From Acidimicrobiia bacterium (GTDB taxonomy: Bacteria > Actinomycetota > Acidimicrobiia > Spongiisociales > ZC4RG35), in the NCBI GenBank assembly GCA_040902845.1, contig JBBDWM010000042.1:7343-71342 (forward strand): a DNA stretch of 64,000 bases, written 5' to 3'. The position numbers and the translations under genes are program-made. The notes below the pieces were generated by a model, which was not told the origin of the DNA, searched no databases, and saw only the letters and a list, made by a program, of their open reading frames with translations. Every line of letters starts with the position of its first letter. Position 1 is the first letter of the stretch. Below, in pieces: positions 18,766 through 28,620 of this stretch.

Positions 18766-18847
18766 CTCGCTGCTGAAGCAGCGGGTCAAAACACCGTTGT
18801 ACGTTCAACGCAATACGTAAAACGGAGCGCGGGCGAAGCCAGCGCTC
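18757..18847. terminator. Long hairpin, heptamer array and second hairpin between the convergent eis-like gene and glnA
   Basis: GTGTTTTGACTCGCTGCT / AGCAGCGGGTCAAAACAC inverted repeat (18757-18794); CGTTGTA-CGTTCAA-CGCAATA-CGTAAAA (18795-18824); GAGCGC-GGGCGAAGCCA-GCGCTC. Confidence 0.6.
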
Positions 18848-20272
18848 TCAGATGTCGTAGTAGAGGTGGAACTCGTAGGGGTGGGGCCGGAGCCGGACCG
18901 GGTCGACTTCGTGTTCGATCTTGTAGTCGATCCAGGCCCGGATCAGATCCTCGGTGAACACACCGCCCGCCAATAGGAACTCGTGGTCATCCTCAAGGGC
19001 CTTGAGCGCCTCGGTGAGACTCCCCGGGACCGATGGCAGCCCGGCGAGCTCGGCCGGGGGAAGGTCGTAGATGTCCTTGTCGACCGGGTCATGGGGTTCG
19101 ATCCGATTCTGAACACCATCCAGACCGGCGAGCAGCATCGCCGCAAATGACAGGTACGGGTTACAGGACGGGTCCGGGCACCGGAACTCGAGTCGTTTCG
19201 CCGCAGGGGCCTGTGAGTACTGCGGGATGCGGATCGCCGCCGAGCGGTTCCGGCTCGAGTACACCAGGTTGACCGGCGCCTCATAACCCGGCACCAGCCG
19301 GTGGTAGGAGTTCGTGGTCGGCGCCGCAAAGGCGAGGATGGCTGCGGCGTGCTTCAACAGACCGCCTATATACCACCGAGCCATCTCGGATAGACCGGCG
19401 TAACCGGACTCATCGAAGAACAGCGGTGTGTCGCCGTTCCACAACGACTGATGGGTGTGCATCCCCGAGCCGTTGTCCTCGAAGATCGGCTTGGGCATGA
19501 AGGTCACGGTCTTGCCCGCCGCCCAGGCGGTGTTCTTCACGATGTACTTGTAGAGAGTCACGTTGTCCGCGGTGCGTAGCAGGGTGTCGTAACGCATATC
19601 GATCTCGGCCTGACCCGCGGTCCCCACCTCGTGGTGCTGGACCTCGATCTGGATGCCTGCCGCTTCGAGGTTGGCCGTCATCTCCGAGCGAAGGTCCTGA
19701 AAATGGTCGGTGGGGGGAACCGGGAAGTAGCCCTCTTTGTATCTGGGCTTGTACCCGAGGTTGCCGCCCTCCTCATATTCGCCGGTGTTCCACGAGCCCT
19801 CGATGGAGTCGATGTAATAGAAACCCGAGTACTGGTTCTGTCCGTAACGGACGTCGTCGAAGATGTAGAACTCGGCCTCCGGCCCCCAGTAGGAGGTGTC
19901 GGCGATGCCGGTGCTCTTCAGATACTCCTCTGCCTTCTTCGCCACGTAACGGGGATCGCGGTCATAGGGGGCACCGGTCACCGGGTCGTTTACGAAGCAA
20001 TAGAGGATGAGGGTCTTGCGCTCCCTGAACACGTCGTCCACGGCGGTGGTCGGGTCGGGGATCAGGAGCATGTCGGACTCTTGGATCTCCTGGAAACCTC
20101 GAATCGACGAGCCATCGAACCCGAATCCGGCCTCGAACGAGTCTTCTGTAAGCTCGCGGGCAGGGACGGTGAAATGCTGGACCTGACCCGGCAGGTCGCA
20201 GAATCGAAGATCAATGAACTGGTAGCCCTCGTCTTTGACGAGGGCCAAGACGTCGCCTGGCGTCTTGGTCAC
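18848..20272 (-). CDS. glnA: Glutamine synthetase type I
   Basis: [30 protein letters not shown], adenylylation-site DIYDL; GTG start with GAAGGAGG RBS. Confidence 0.97.
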   Translation of the reverse strand: MTKTPGDVLALVKDEGYQFIDLRFCDLPGQVQHFTVPARELTEDSFEAGFGFDGSSIRGFQEIQESDMLLIPDPTTAVDDVFRERKTLILYCFVNDPVTGAPYDRDPRYVAKKAEEYLKSTGIADTSYWGPEAEFYIFDDVRYGQNQYSGFYYIDSIEGSWNTGEYEEGGNLGYKPRYKEGYFPVPPTDHFQDLRSEMTANLEAAGIQIEVQHHEVGTAGQAEIDMRYDTLLRTADNVTLYKYIVKNTAWAAGKTVTFMPKPIFEDNGSGMHTHQSLWNGDTPLFFDESGYAGLSEMARWYIGGLLKHAAAILAFAAPTTNSYHRLVPGYEAPVNLVYSSRNRSAAIRIPQYSQAPAAKRLEFRCPDPSCNPYLSFAAMLLAGLDGVQNRIEPHDPVDKDIYDLPPAELAGLPSVPGSLTEALKALEDDHEFLLAGGVFTEDLIRAWIDYKIEHEVDPVRLRPHPYEFHLYYDI

Positions 20273-20347
20273 GGTGCCTCCTTCGGTTGTGTCAGTCGTG
20301 AACAGATGCGTTCTATCGGTGAGGGATTTCTCGGCCATTGCTGAAAT

Positions 20348-20363
20348 GTGAACACTGTGTTTC
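20348..20363 (-). promoter_or_regulatory. Putative GlnR box upstream of glnA
   Basis: GAAAC-ACAGTG-TTCAC has the AC-n9-AC spacing of actinobacterial GlnR sites, 76 bp upstream of glnA. Confidence 0.6.
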
Positions 20364-20373
20364 GGGCATGACG

Positions 20374-20466
20374 GCCGGCCGACTTTGCCCTCGGCCAACC
20401 CTCACACCTCTGTTGAGCACTGCGGGCCCAGCCCCCACAGCCGAGGGCAAACAGACGCCGGTCGGC
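20374..20466 (-). repeat. Bulged-hairpin repeat family B, copy 1
   Basis: Minus strand GCCGACCGGCGTCTGTTTG-CCCTCGGC...GCCGAGGG-CAAAGTCGGCCGGC. Confidence 0.75.
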
Positions 20467-20530
20467 CGGAGCTGCCGCCTCGTGGTTCGGCCTTCCTCTA
20501 GAAAGAACCCGACTACCGTCCCGCCACGTC

Positions 20531-21805
20531 ATGCCAGCCACCGTAGTCCTGGGTGCCCAGTGGGGTGACGAGGGAAAGGGTCGAGTTGTCGACTATTTCG
20601 CCGAGAAGGCGGACTTCGTCGTCCGCTTTCAGGGCGGGAACAATGCCGGGCACACCATCGTCGTCGGTGACCAGCGACTGGCCCTGTCGCTGATCCCTTC
20701 GGGCATTCTCTACCCGCACTGCACCCCGGTCATCGCCTCGGGCACTGTCATCGACCCCAAGGTCCTGCTCGAGGAGATGGAGATGGTGGCCGCCCGCGGC
20801 CTCGACCCCTCCCGGGTCCGCATCTCCTCCAACGCCCATCTGATCATGCCCTATCACCGCAAGCTCGATGCGATGATCGAGCGCTATCTGGGCAAGAACC
20901 AGATCGGCACCACCAAACGGGGCATCGGCCCCGCCTACACCGACAAATACGCACGGGTCGGGATCAGGGTCCAGGACCTCTTCGACGCCAAAATCTTCCG
21001 AGAGAAGGTCGAGGCCGCCTTGGACGAGAAGAACCGGGTTCTTCCCAGGATCTACAACAGCCTGCCGATGGACCCCGACGAGATCGTCGCCGAGTACCTG
21101 GGTTACGCCGAACGGCTGGCACCCCATGTGGCTGACACTTCGCTGCTGATCTGGGAAGGGCTACAGGCAGGAAAGGAAGTGCTACTCGAGGGAGCCCAGG
21201 GGACCCTGCTCGACATCGATCACGGCACCTACCCCTTTGTCACCTCCTCCAATCCGACCGCGGGGGGCGCAGTGGTGGGAACCGGGATCGGTCCCAAGGC
21301 GATCGGTGAGGTCATCGGGGTGGCCAAGGCCTACATCTCCCGCGTCGGCACCGGGCCCTTCCCCACCGAGCTCCACGACGAGGTGGGTGACGCCATGATC
21401 GAATTGGGTGGTGAGTACGGGACGGTGACGGGCCGACGAAGACGTTGCGGATGGCTCGACCTGGTGGCGCTTCGCTACTCGGCCCGGGTCAACACCTTCA
21501 CCAGTCTCTTCCTGACCAAGTTGGACATCCTGTCTGCATTCGACACCATCAAGGTGGCCACCGCCTATCAGAGCGATGGGGAGCGATACGACCACTTTCC
21601 CTCCCAACAGAGTGTCCTCTATCACTGCGAGCCGGTCTACGACGAGATGCCGGGATGGAGAGAGGACATCACCGGGGTCCGCTCCTACAAAGACCTGCCC
21701 GGCGCGGCGCGGGACTATGTCGAGTACATCCAGCAGGCGGTGGGGGTCCCCATAGGCTGGGTCTCGGTGGGCCCCGAGCGCAGCCAGCTAATCAAAGTCT
21801 CATGA
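20531..21805 (+). CDS. purA: Adenylosuccinate synthetase
   Basis: [35 protein letters not shown]. Confidence 0.97.
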   Translation: MPATVVLGAQWGDEGKGRVVDYFAEKADFVVRFQGGNNAGHTIVVGDQRLALSLIPSGILYPHCTPVIASGTVIDPKVLLEEMEMVAARGLDPSRVRISSNAHLIMPYHRKLDAMIERYLGKNQIGTTKRGIGPAYTDKYARVGIRVQDLFDAKIFREKVEAALDEKNRVLPRIYNSLPMDPDEIVAEYLGYAERLAPHVADTSLLIWEGLQAGKEVLLEGAQGTLLDIDHGTYPFVTSSNPTAGGAVVGTGIGPKAIGEVIGVAKAYISRVGTGPFPTELHDEVGDAMIELGGEYGTVTGRRRRCGWLDLVALRYSARVNTFTSLFLTKLDILSAFDTIKVATAYQSDGERYDHFPSQQSVLYHCEPVYDEMPGWREDITGVRSYKDLPGAARDYVEYIQQAVGVPIGWVSVGPERSQLIKVS

Positions 21806-23040
21806 GGGTGCTGCTGGTCGGCAGCGGCGGCCGTGAGCATGCCCTGGGATGGAAGCTGGCCCAGTCTGCCCGTGTCGACGAGCTCATCTCCCTCCCCGGC
21901 AACCCCGGTCTCGCCGAACTGGGGTCCGTAGTGGAAGGAATCGCGACCACGGATGTCGGTGCCATCGCCGCCATGGCCCGGGTCCAGGGAGTCGATCTGG
22001 TCGTCGTCGGGCCCGAAGCGCCCCTCGCCGCCGGAGTGGTCGATGCCGTCTCCCGACTTGGTATCCCGGTGTTCGGCCCCACCCGGGCCGCGGCCCGGCT
22101 CGAGTCATCGAAAGCCTTCGCCAAAGCGGTCATGCGGAGGGCCGGTGTCGCCACCGCAGCCTCAGGTTCTTTCACCGATCCGGCCGAGGCTCATCGCTAT
22201 CTCGACCGGATGGAGGGCCGGTTCGTGGTCAAGGCTGACGGTCTGGCGGCGGGCAAGGGGGTCCTGGTCACCGACTCGAGGGAGGAGGCCACCGGTTGGG
22301 TCGACCGCTGTTTCGGCGGAGGCTTCGGCGCTGCCGGGGAATCGGTGCTCATCGAGGATTTCCTGGAGGGCTCGGAGGTAAGTGTTTTCGCGGTCTGCAC
22401 CGAGCGTGGCGCCGTTCCCCTGGCCCCGGCCCGTGACTACAAACGGTTGCTCGACGGGGATGCCGGCCCCAATACCGGCGGCATGGGCTCCTACTCACCG
22501 GTCGACGACGTGCCAACAGATCTGCTCGCGCATGTGATGACCCGGGTCATCGAGCCCACCCTGGGCCAGATGGCTGAGGATGGGAACCCGTTCACCGGAT
22601 TCCTCTATGCAGGCATGGTGCTCACCGCCTCAGGGCCTCAGGTGCTGGAGTTCAACGTGCGTCTGGGAGACCCCGAGACTCAGGCCGTCCTCCCCCGTCT
22701 GGAATCGGATCTGATCGAGGTCTTGGAAGGGACAACGCCCGTTTGGTCCAATGCGGCGGCGGTCAACGTCGTCCTTGCCGCCCGTGGCTACCCGGAGGCA
22801 CCGGTTGGTGGTGACGTCATCAAGGGTCTCGACGGAGTTGGTCAGGACGTGCTGGTCTTTCACGGCGGGACCAAACGCGAAGGAAGGCGTCTGTTGGTCG
22901 ACGGCGGCCGGGTCATAAACCTGGTGGGCATCGGCGCCACGATCGCCCAGGCTCGGGAGCGGGCTTATGCAGCGGTGTCGGCCGTGAACTGGCCGGGCAT
23001 GCAGTACCGGACTGACATCGCTGAGGACACTCAGTCGTAA
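21802..23040 (+). CDS. purD: Phosphoribosylamine--glycine ligase
   Basis: [36 protein letters not shown]; ATGA overlap with purA. Confidence 0.96.
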   Translation: MRVLLVGSGGREHALGWKLAQSARVDELISLPGNPGLAELGSVVEGIATTDVGAIAAMARVQGVDLVVVGPEAPLAAGVVDAVSRLGIPVFGPTRAAARLESSKAFAKAVMRRAGVATAASGSFTDPAEAHRYLDRMEGRFVVKADGLAAGKGVLVTDSREEATGWVDRCFGGGFGAAGESVLIEDFLEGSEVSVFAVCTERGAVPLAPARDYKRLLDGDAGPNTGGMGSYSPVDDVPTDLLAHVMTRVIEPTLGQMAEDGNPFTGFLYAGMVLTASGPQVLEFNVRLGDPETQAVLPRLESDLIEVLEGTTPVWSNAAAVNVVLAARGYPEAPVGGDVIKGLDGVGQDVLVFHGGTKREGRRLLVDGGRVINLVGIGATIAQARERAYAAVSAVNWPGMQYRTDIAEDTQS

Positions 23041-23633
23041 CTGCGACGGAACATGAGAGCGATCCGCGGCGGGGCTGAGGCCACCTTCGGGACCGTGTGC
23101 TCCCATAGACGCTGGCAGGCCCCTCCCATCACGAGGAGGTCCCCGCTGCCGAGATCGAAGGCCATCGACTCGCCCCCACCTTTTGGCTTGATCAGGAATC
23201 GTCGCGGCCCACCAAGGGAGACCGTGGCGACTATCGAGTGGGGAAGCTCACGGGCGATGCGATCACCGTGCCAGGCCACCGAATCGGCCCCGACGCGATA
23301 CCAACTTGCACTGACCCGGTCCAGGCTGATCCGATAACGGTCAGATAGTAGTTGGACCATCGACTCGAGCACCGGATGCGAGCCGGCATCGACCTGACCC
23401 ACCAGGCGGGGAGTCCTCACCATCTTCTCGTACATCCGCACCTCGGGCTGTTGCCATTGCATCGTCCCGGCCAGAAAATCGAACAGCCTCGCATCACCGG
23501 CCAACCACCCCGGGGCGAAGTCGAGCCAGCTGAGAGGATCCAGATCGATTCGCTCCAGATCGCCGAAATCTGCGTCGGGGAAGGGATCGGTATCGCCGAA
23601 CAACGACGGTTGGATTGCATCGACTACGAACAT
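23031..23633 (-). CDS. AlkB-family 2OG-Fe(II) dioxygenase
   Basis: WHGD (HxD), WEHTVPK, RIALMFR; start ATG 23633. Confidence 0.88.
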   Translation of the reverse strand: MFVVDAIQPSLFGDTDPFPDADFGDLERIDLDPLSWLDFAPGWLAGDARLFDFLAGTMQWQQPEVRMYEKMVRTPRLVGQVDAGSHPVLESMVQLLSDRYRISLDRVSASWYRVGADSVAWHGDRIARELPHSIVATVSLGGPRRFLIKPKGGGESMAFDLGSGDLLVMGGACQRLWEHTVPKVASAPPRIALMFRRSYD

Positions 23634-23640
23634 ATGTTCG
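23627..23640. promoter_or_regulatory. LexA (SOS) box overlapping the alkB-like start codon
   Basis: CGAAC-ATAT-GTTCG is a perfect Gram-positive LexA palindrome, next to a TAACAT -10. Confidence 0.85.
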
Positions 23641-23710
23641 ATGTTAGTGGGATCTAGGACCGCTGACCACAAGACCCGCTCGAGGACGGGCAATATGTGG
23701 CGATGTCAAA

Positions 23711-23926
23711 GGTCGCGGGCGGGGACTCGGCCGAGCGATCCTCCAGGCCGGACACGACGCCGCACGCTCCGAGGGCTTCAAGCGGCTTGATCTCGGAGCG
23801 ACCTTGCCGGGCGTCGCCCTGTACCGCGCTTTCGGGTTCCGAGAGGTCGAGCCGTTTGTAGTCACGATGCCCGACGGTGTAACCCTCGACGCTGTCGCCA
23901 TGGAGCGCCCCATCGACCCTGTCTGA
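23711..23926 (+). pseudogene. 5'-truncated GNAT acetyltransferase remnant
   Basis: Reads GRGRGLGRAILQAGHDAARSEGFKRLDLGATLPGVALYRAFGF...MERPIDPV*. No in-frame ATG/GTG/TTG occurs upstream of the motif before the stop at 23645. Confidence 0.7.
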
Positions 23927-23976
23927 CCCGCCTTGCAGAGGAGCCCCGCCCTGACTCGCCAGGTACCGTCACGTTC

Positions 23977-24441
23977 ATGTCTCACAAAGTCGCTGTCGTC
24001 ATGGGATCCGGCTCGGACCGGCCGATCATGGAAAAAGCCGGCGCCACGCTCGAACAATTCGGAATCGAGCACGTGACGAAGGTGCTTTCGGCACACAAGA
24101 CACCGGATCAGGCGATCGAGTTCGCTGCGACTGCCGCCGACCAGGGCTTTGAGGTGATCATCGCCGGCGCGGGGAAGGCGGCGCATCTCGCCGGGATCAT
24201 GGCCGCCAAGTCGTTACTCCCGGTCATCGGGGTTCCGCTCAATGCATCCCTCGACGGGATCGACGCCCTGCTCGCCACGATGCAAATGCCGACCGGGATA
24301 CCCGTAGCGACGGTGGCTATCGATGGGGCCCAGAACGCGGCGCTGCTCGCCGTTGCGATCCTCGCCATCAACGATGGCGCCCTTCGCCAGAAACTGGCCG
24401 ACTACCGGGCCGATCTCGCCAGGAAGACGCTGGCCGGATAG
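23977..24441 (+). CDS. purE: N5-CAIR mutase / AIR carboxylase
   Basis: [32 protein letters not shown]. Confidence 0.95.
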   Translation: MSHKVAVVMGSGSDRPIMEKAGATLEQFGIEHVTKVLSAHKTPDQAIEFAATAADQGFEVIIAGAGKAAHLAGIMAAKSLLPVIGVPLNASLDGIDALLATMQMPTGIPVATVAIDGAQNAALLAVAILAINDGALRQKLADYRADLARKTLAG

Positions 24442-24473
24442 AGATCCGCAGTTGCGGATACCATCCATCCCGC

Positions 24474-25658
24474 ATGAACGACATCGTCTTCGAAAAGCCC
24501 GATCCCCGGGACTTCCTCGATATCGACTCTCTTCTCTCCGACGAGGAGAAACTGCTGCGGGGCACAGTTCGCGACTACGTGCAGAAGGAGATCGTCCCCC
24601 ATGTCGGCGACTGGTGGGAAGAGGGAAAACTGCCCCAGGCCGAATTGGCCAGGGCGTTCGGCGAGATCGGTCTCCTGGGCATGCATCTCGATGGTTACGG
24701 GTGTGCCGGGACCTCTGCCACGGCCTACGGCCTGGCCTGTCTCGAGTTGGAGGCGGGTGACTCGGGAATCCGCTCGTTCGTGTCGGTGCAGGGCTCGCTG
24801 GCGATGTTCCCCATATGGAAGTTCGGCTCCGAGGAGCAGAAGGAAACCTGGCTGCCGCGGATGGCGACCGGCGAGGTCATCGGCTGCTTCGGTCTGACCG
24901 AGGCCGACTCCGGTTCGGACCCGGCCTCGATGAGAACCAATGCCAAGCGGGACGGATCCGACTGGGTGATCAATGGGACCAAGATGTGGATCACCAACGG
25001 CTCGATCGCAGACATCGCCGTTGTCTGGGCCCGCACCGACGACGGGGTCCGTGGGTTCATCGTTCCCACCGACACCCCGGGTTTCTCGGCGCCTGAGATC
25101 AAGAAGAAGGCTTCATTGCGGGCCTCGGTCACCTCCGAGTTGATCCTCAACGAGGTGAGGGTGCCCGATGAGTTCGTCCTGCCCGGTGTGGCTTCGATGC
25201 GGGGACCGCTGTCCTGTCTCAACGAGGCCAGGTTCGGGATCGCCTTCGGAGCGATCGGAGCGGCTCGCGCTTGTTACGAGTCGGCCCTCGAGTACTCCAT
25301 CGAACGTCGCCAGTTCGATCAGCCGATCGCGTCGTTCCAGCTCACGCAGAAGAAACTCGTGGAGATGATGGTCGCCGTGCAGCGGGGGACGTTGCTTGCG
25401 CTCCATCTGGGGAGACGCAAGGACGAGGGCAAGCTCTCCCCCGAGCAGGTCAGCTTCGGAAAGTTCGACAACGTGCGAAATTCACTCGAGGTGGCCAGGA
25501 CCGCCCGATCGATTCTTGGGGCCAACGGGATCACCTTGGAGTACCCGGTGATGCGACACATGGCCAACCTCGAGACGGTCTTTACCTACGAGGGAACCAA
25601 CGAGATCCACACCCTGGTAATGGGTCAAGCGATCACCGGAATCAGCGCGTTCAGCTGA
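24474..25658 (+). CDS. Acyl-CoA dehydrogenase, glutaryl-CoA dehydrogenase-like
   Basis: GCFGLTE..GSDP, KMWITNG, RRQF, TYEGT. Confidence 0.9.
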   Translation: MNDIVFEKPDPRDFLDIDSLLSDEEKLLRGTVRDYVQKEIVPHVGDWWEEGKLPQAELARAFGEIGLLGMHLDGYGCAGTSATAYGLACLELEAGDSGIRSFVSVQGSLAMFPIWKFGSEEQKETWLPRMATGEVIGCFGLTEADSGSDPASMRTNAKRDGSDWVINGTKMWITNGSIADIAVVWARTDDGVRGFIVPTDTPGFSAPEIKKKASLRASVTSELILNEVRVPDEFVLPGVASMRGPLSCLNEARFGIAFGAIGAARACYESALEYSIERRQFDQPIASFQLTQKKLVEMMVAVQRGTLLALHLGRRKDEGKLSPEQVSFGKFDNVRNSLEVARTARSILGANGITLEYPVMRHMANLETVFTYEGTNEIHTLVMGQAITGISAFS

Positions 25659-25706
25659 ACCTGACGGTTCAGCTCGTTTTGCGTTCTACGTTCTGCGTTG
25701 TGCGTA
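25653..25706. repeat. Hairpin plus heptamer array in inverted orientation
   Basis: AGCTGAACC-TGAC-GGTTCAGCT, then CGTTTTG-CGTTCTA-CGTTCTG-CGTTGTG. Confidence 0.65.
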
Positions 25707-25740
25707 CCAGCGGGGAAGGCCAGCGAGGCGAAAGCCCCCG

Positions 25741-25853
25741 GCCGACCGGCGTCTGTTTGACCGAGGTCAAGACCTGAGGCCACGACAACCGAGGATGGTC
25801 CCCACTCTGGACGACCTCGTGTCTCAGGAGACAATCGGTCAAAGTCGGCCGGC
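25741..25853 (+). repeat. Bulged-hairpin repeat family B, copy 2
   Basis: GCCGACCGGCGTCTGTTTG-ACCGA...TCGGT-CAAAGTCGGCCGGC; overlaps the stop of the ycaQ-like gene. Confidence 0.75.
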
Positions 25854-27029
25854 GATATATGCCGCCAGGTCCCCGTTCCTGGACACATCCACCTTTCCCA
25901 GGCCCAGCCAGGCGGCGACCGCCTCCAACTCCTCACGCAGCTCCCGGCCCACCCGCACCAGGTCAACCCCCGGCTCGGCAAAGGCCCCCCTCACCAGCAG
26001 CGCTCCCGCCTTGCGGTCGGTCTTCAAATCGACTCTCCCCACCAGATCCCCGTCCAACAGGAACGGAAGCACGTAATAGCCGTGGACCCGTTTTGGCTCG
26101 GGAACATAGATCTCGATTCGATAGAAGAAGTCCCAAATCCGCTCCACCCGGTCCCGGTACCAGATGAGATTGTCGAAGGGAGAGAGCACGGCTCTGCCCT
26201 CGACGCTTCGGGGGAGCCTGGCATCGGGGTGAAGTAGGGCGGGCCGGTCCCAGCCCCGAACCTCGACCTCGACAAGACGGCCCTCTGCCACCAATCGCTT
26301 CAACAAGGGCCGAGCCTGAGGCATCCGTATCCGGTAATAGTCGGCCACATCGTCGGCGGTGCCCACCCCCAGGGCCAGCGCCGACCGCTCGAGCAGGTCC
26401 GACTGCGCCTCTTCCTGGGGGACGGCAGGAGCTTCGAGATGAACTTCAGGAATCACCCGCTCGGCAAGGTCATACATGCGGACGAAATTGCGTCGGTCTG
26501 CGGCAGAGATCTTTCCCTGGACAAAGAGCATCTCCAGGGCAACCTTGCCGTGCGACCAATTCCACATCGGATTCGACGTCCGGTCCTTCTCCCCCGGATC
26601 GTCTAGGTCGCTGGTTTGCAGTGGCCCACGATCACGCACCTGCTCGAAGACCGCTTCCAGGTATCCGGGCCGATCGGCGACCAATTGCTCCGCTCGGTCC
26701 CAGATGTAGCCGCGCTCCATACGCCAGCGGAACAGCCTGTGATCCCCAACGGGAAGGACCGAGGCCATGTGCCCCCAGTACTCGAACATCTCGCCCGATC
26801 GCCAAAACCATTGATCGAGGGCGGCACGGTCGTAGCCGCCGAGACGGGAGAAGAAGGGCAGGTAGTGGGTACGACTGAACACATTCACCGAGTCGAGCTG
26901 GATGACCAGGACCCGATCCAGCACCCGACGGAAATGACGGACGTCGACCCGACCTGTCGGTCGGGGTTCGGTGAAGCCCTGGGCCGCAAGCGCATAGCGT
27001 CGGGCCTGTTCGATGCTGATGCGGCGCAT
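25839..27029 (-). CDS. YcaQ/AlkZ-family interstrand crosslink DNA glycosylase (winged helix)
   Basis: IQLDSVNV (QxD), FEYWGH, LSPFDNL, YRIEIY.P..KR.HGYY. Confidence 0.9.
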   Translation of the reverse strand: MRRISIEQARRYALAAQGFTEPRPTGRVDVRHFRRVLDRVLVIQLDSVNVFSRTHYLPFFSRLGGYDRAALDQWFWRSGEMFEYWGHMASVLPVGDHRLFRWRMERGYIWDRAEQLVADRPGYLEAVFEQVRDRGPLQTSDLDDPGEKDRTSNPMWNWSHGKVALEMLFVQGKISAADRRNFVRMYDLAERVIPEVHLEAPAVPQEEAQSDLLERSALALGVGTADDVADYYRIRMPQARPLLKRLVAEGRLVEVEVRGWDRPALLHPDARLPRSVEGRAVLSPFDNLIWYRDRVERIWDFFYRIEIYVPEPKRVHGYYVLPFLLDGDLVGRVDLKTDRKAGALLVRGAFAEPGVDLVRVGRELREELEAVAAWLGLGKVDVSRNGDLAAYIAGRL

Positions 27030-27078
27030 GGGCCGGGGGAGGGTAGCTGTGACCTATCGAACTGCCCACTGGCGTCCA

Positions 27079-27171
27079 GCCGACCGGCGCCTGTTTGGCC
27101 GAGACTGCGATGACGCGACCATCAGCCATCGATCATGAAATGAGGGTTGGTCTCGGCCAAAGTCGGCCGGC
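27079..27171 (+). repeat. Bulged-hairpin repeat family B, copy 3
   Basis: GCCGACCGGCGCCTGTTTG-GCCGAGAC...GTCTCGGC-CAAAGTCGGCCGGC. Confidence 0.75.
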
Positions 27172-27194
27172 ACATATCTGCCAATATGCAAGTC

Positions 27195-28496
27195 GTGATC
27201 GAGCGGTACACGCTTCCGGAGATGGGCCGGATCTGGTCGGACCAGCGCCGACTGGAGACCTGGATGGAAGTCGAGGTCCTTGCTTTGGAGGCCTGGTCCA
27301 GACTGGGCAAGGTCCCCGACGATGTCGCCGCCGCCGTGAGGTCGGTCAATTGCCCCACGCCAGAGGACGTGGCGGCCCGTGAGGAGACCACCAACCACGA
27401 CCTCGCCGCCTTCGTCGACCTCCTGGGTGAGGCGGCCGGGGAAGAAGCAGCGGGGTGGGTCCACTACGGGCTCACGTCGTCGGACGTGCTCGACACCGCG
27501 CTCGGCTCATCGCTCATGGAGTCGGCCGACCTTCTTCTGGGTGCGTTGACCTCGCTGTTCGAGGTGGTCAAACGGAGGGCAGAGGAGCACCGAACCACCT
27601 ACATGATCGGCCGCACCCACGGGATTTGGGCCGAGCCCACCACGTTTGGCCTGAAACTGGCCGGATGGGCCTTCGAGTTGTCTCGAGACCATGCCCGACT
27701 CGAGGCAGCCCGCAATTCGGTGGCAGTCGGGAAGATCTCGGGGACGGTCGGCACCTACGCCCATGTCCCGCCGGAAATAGAGAGCCACGTCTGCGCCTCG
27801 CTCGGACTCGCAATCGAACCGGCATCGACTCAGGTCACGGCCCGGGATAGGCATGCCGAGTATCTGCAGACTCTGGCCCTGGTCGGGGCTTCCATCGAGC
27901 GGATGGCGACCGAGATCAGACACCTCCAGCGCTCCGAGATCTCGGAGGTGAGAGAGGCGTTTGGCAAAGGGCAGAAGGGCTCCTCCGCAATGCCCCACAA
28001 GAGGAACCCGATCCTCTCCGAGCGGATGACAGGAATGGCGCGTCTCCTTCGCGGTTACGCCCAGGTGGGTCTGGAGAACGTCGCGCTATGGCACGAGCGG
28101 GACATCTCACATTCCTCAGCCGAACGGGTGATCCTCCCCGATGCCTCCATCGTCCTTCACTACATGCTGGTCAAGTTCGAAAACCTGATCGACAGCCTCG
28201 TCGTCGACGCCGACCGTATGCGAGCCAATCTCTCCTCGACCAGAGGGCTGGTCTTCAGTCAGGCGGTGTTGCTGGCCTTGGTCGACAAGGGTCTGACCAG
28301 AGATCTCGCCTACCGAATCGTGCAGGGTCACGCCATGACGGTCTGGAACGAGGACAGTCACCTTCGTGATCATCTGGCGGCCGATCCCGAGGTCGGCCTC
28401 GGCGATACGGACCTTGATCGTTGCTTCTCGTTGGAGAGGGTGGGAGAGTCCTCCGGCGTGGTCTTCCAGCGTCTCGAGTCACTTCAGATCGTCTGA
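27195..28496 (+). CDS. purB: Adenylosuccinate lyase
   Basis: IERY, HYGLTSSD, GRTHG, GSSAMPHKRNP; GTG 27195 is the likely start (ATG 27186 is the alternative). Confidence 0.96.
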   Translation: MIERYTLPEMGRIWSDQRRLETWMEVEVLALEAWSRLGKVPDDVAAAVRSVNCPTPEDVAAREETTNHDLAAFVDLLGEAAGEEAAGWVHYGLTSSDVLDTALGSSLMESADLLLGALTSLFEVVKRRAEEHRTTYMIGRTHGIWAEPTTFGLKLAGWAFELSRDHARLEAARNSVAVGKISGTVGTYAHVPPEIESHVCASLGLAIEPASTQVTARDRHAEYLQTLALVGASIERMATEIRHLQRSEISEVREAFGKGQKGSSAMPHKRNPILSERMTGMARLLRGYAQVGLENVALWHERDISHSSAERVILPDASIVLHYMLVKFENLIDSLVVDADRMRANLSSTRGLVFSQAVLLALVDKGLTRDLAYRIVQGHAMTVWNEDSHLRDHLAADPEVGLGDTDLDRCFSLERVGESSGVVFQRLESLQIV

Positions 28497-28502
28497 GAGA
28501 CA

Positions 28503-28567
28503 ACGAAGACCGCCTCTGGGGCGGTCTTCGTGAGTTCCGAACTGCTCAGATGCCGAGCAGTTTTTTT
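28503..28567 (+). terminator. Tandem hairpins after purB; the second is an intrinsic terminator
   Basis: ACGAAGACCGCC/GGCGGTCTTCGT (12 bp), then AACTGCTC-loop-GAGCAG plus a run of 7 T. Confidence 0.75.
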
Positions 28568-28620
28568 GGCCGCCGGGCCTCCTTTCTGTCCACGACCTAC
28601 GCATCGTCGGACAGCAAGGC

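Noticed and set aside
27067-27103. ZTP (pfl) riboswitch upstream of purB, suggested by ACTGGCG...GCCGAC..CGCCTG
   Set aside because: The P1/P2 elements and the CGCCUGGGC ending are missing, and the sequence is better explained as repeat family B.
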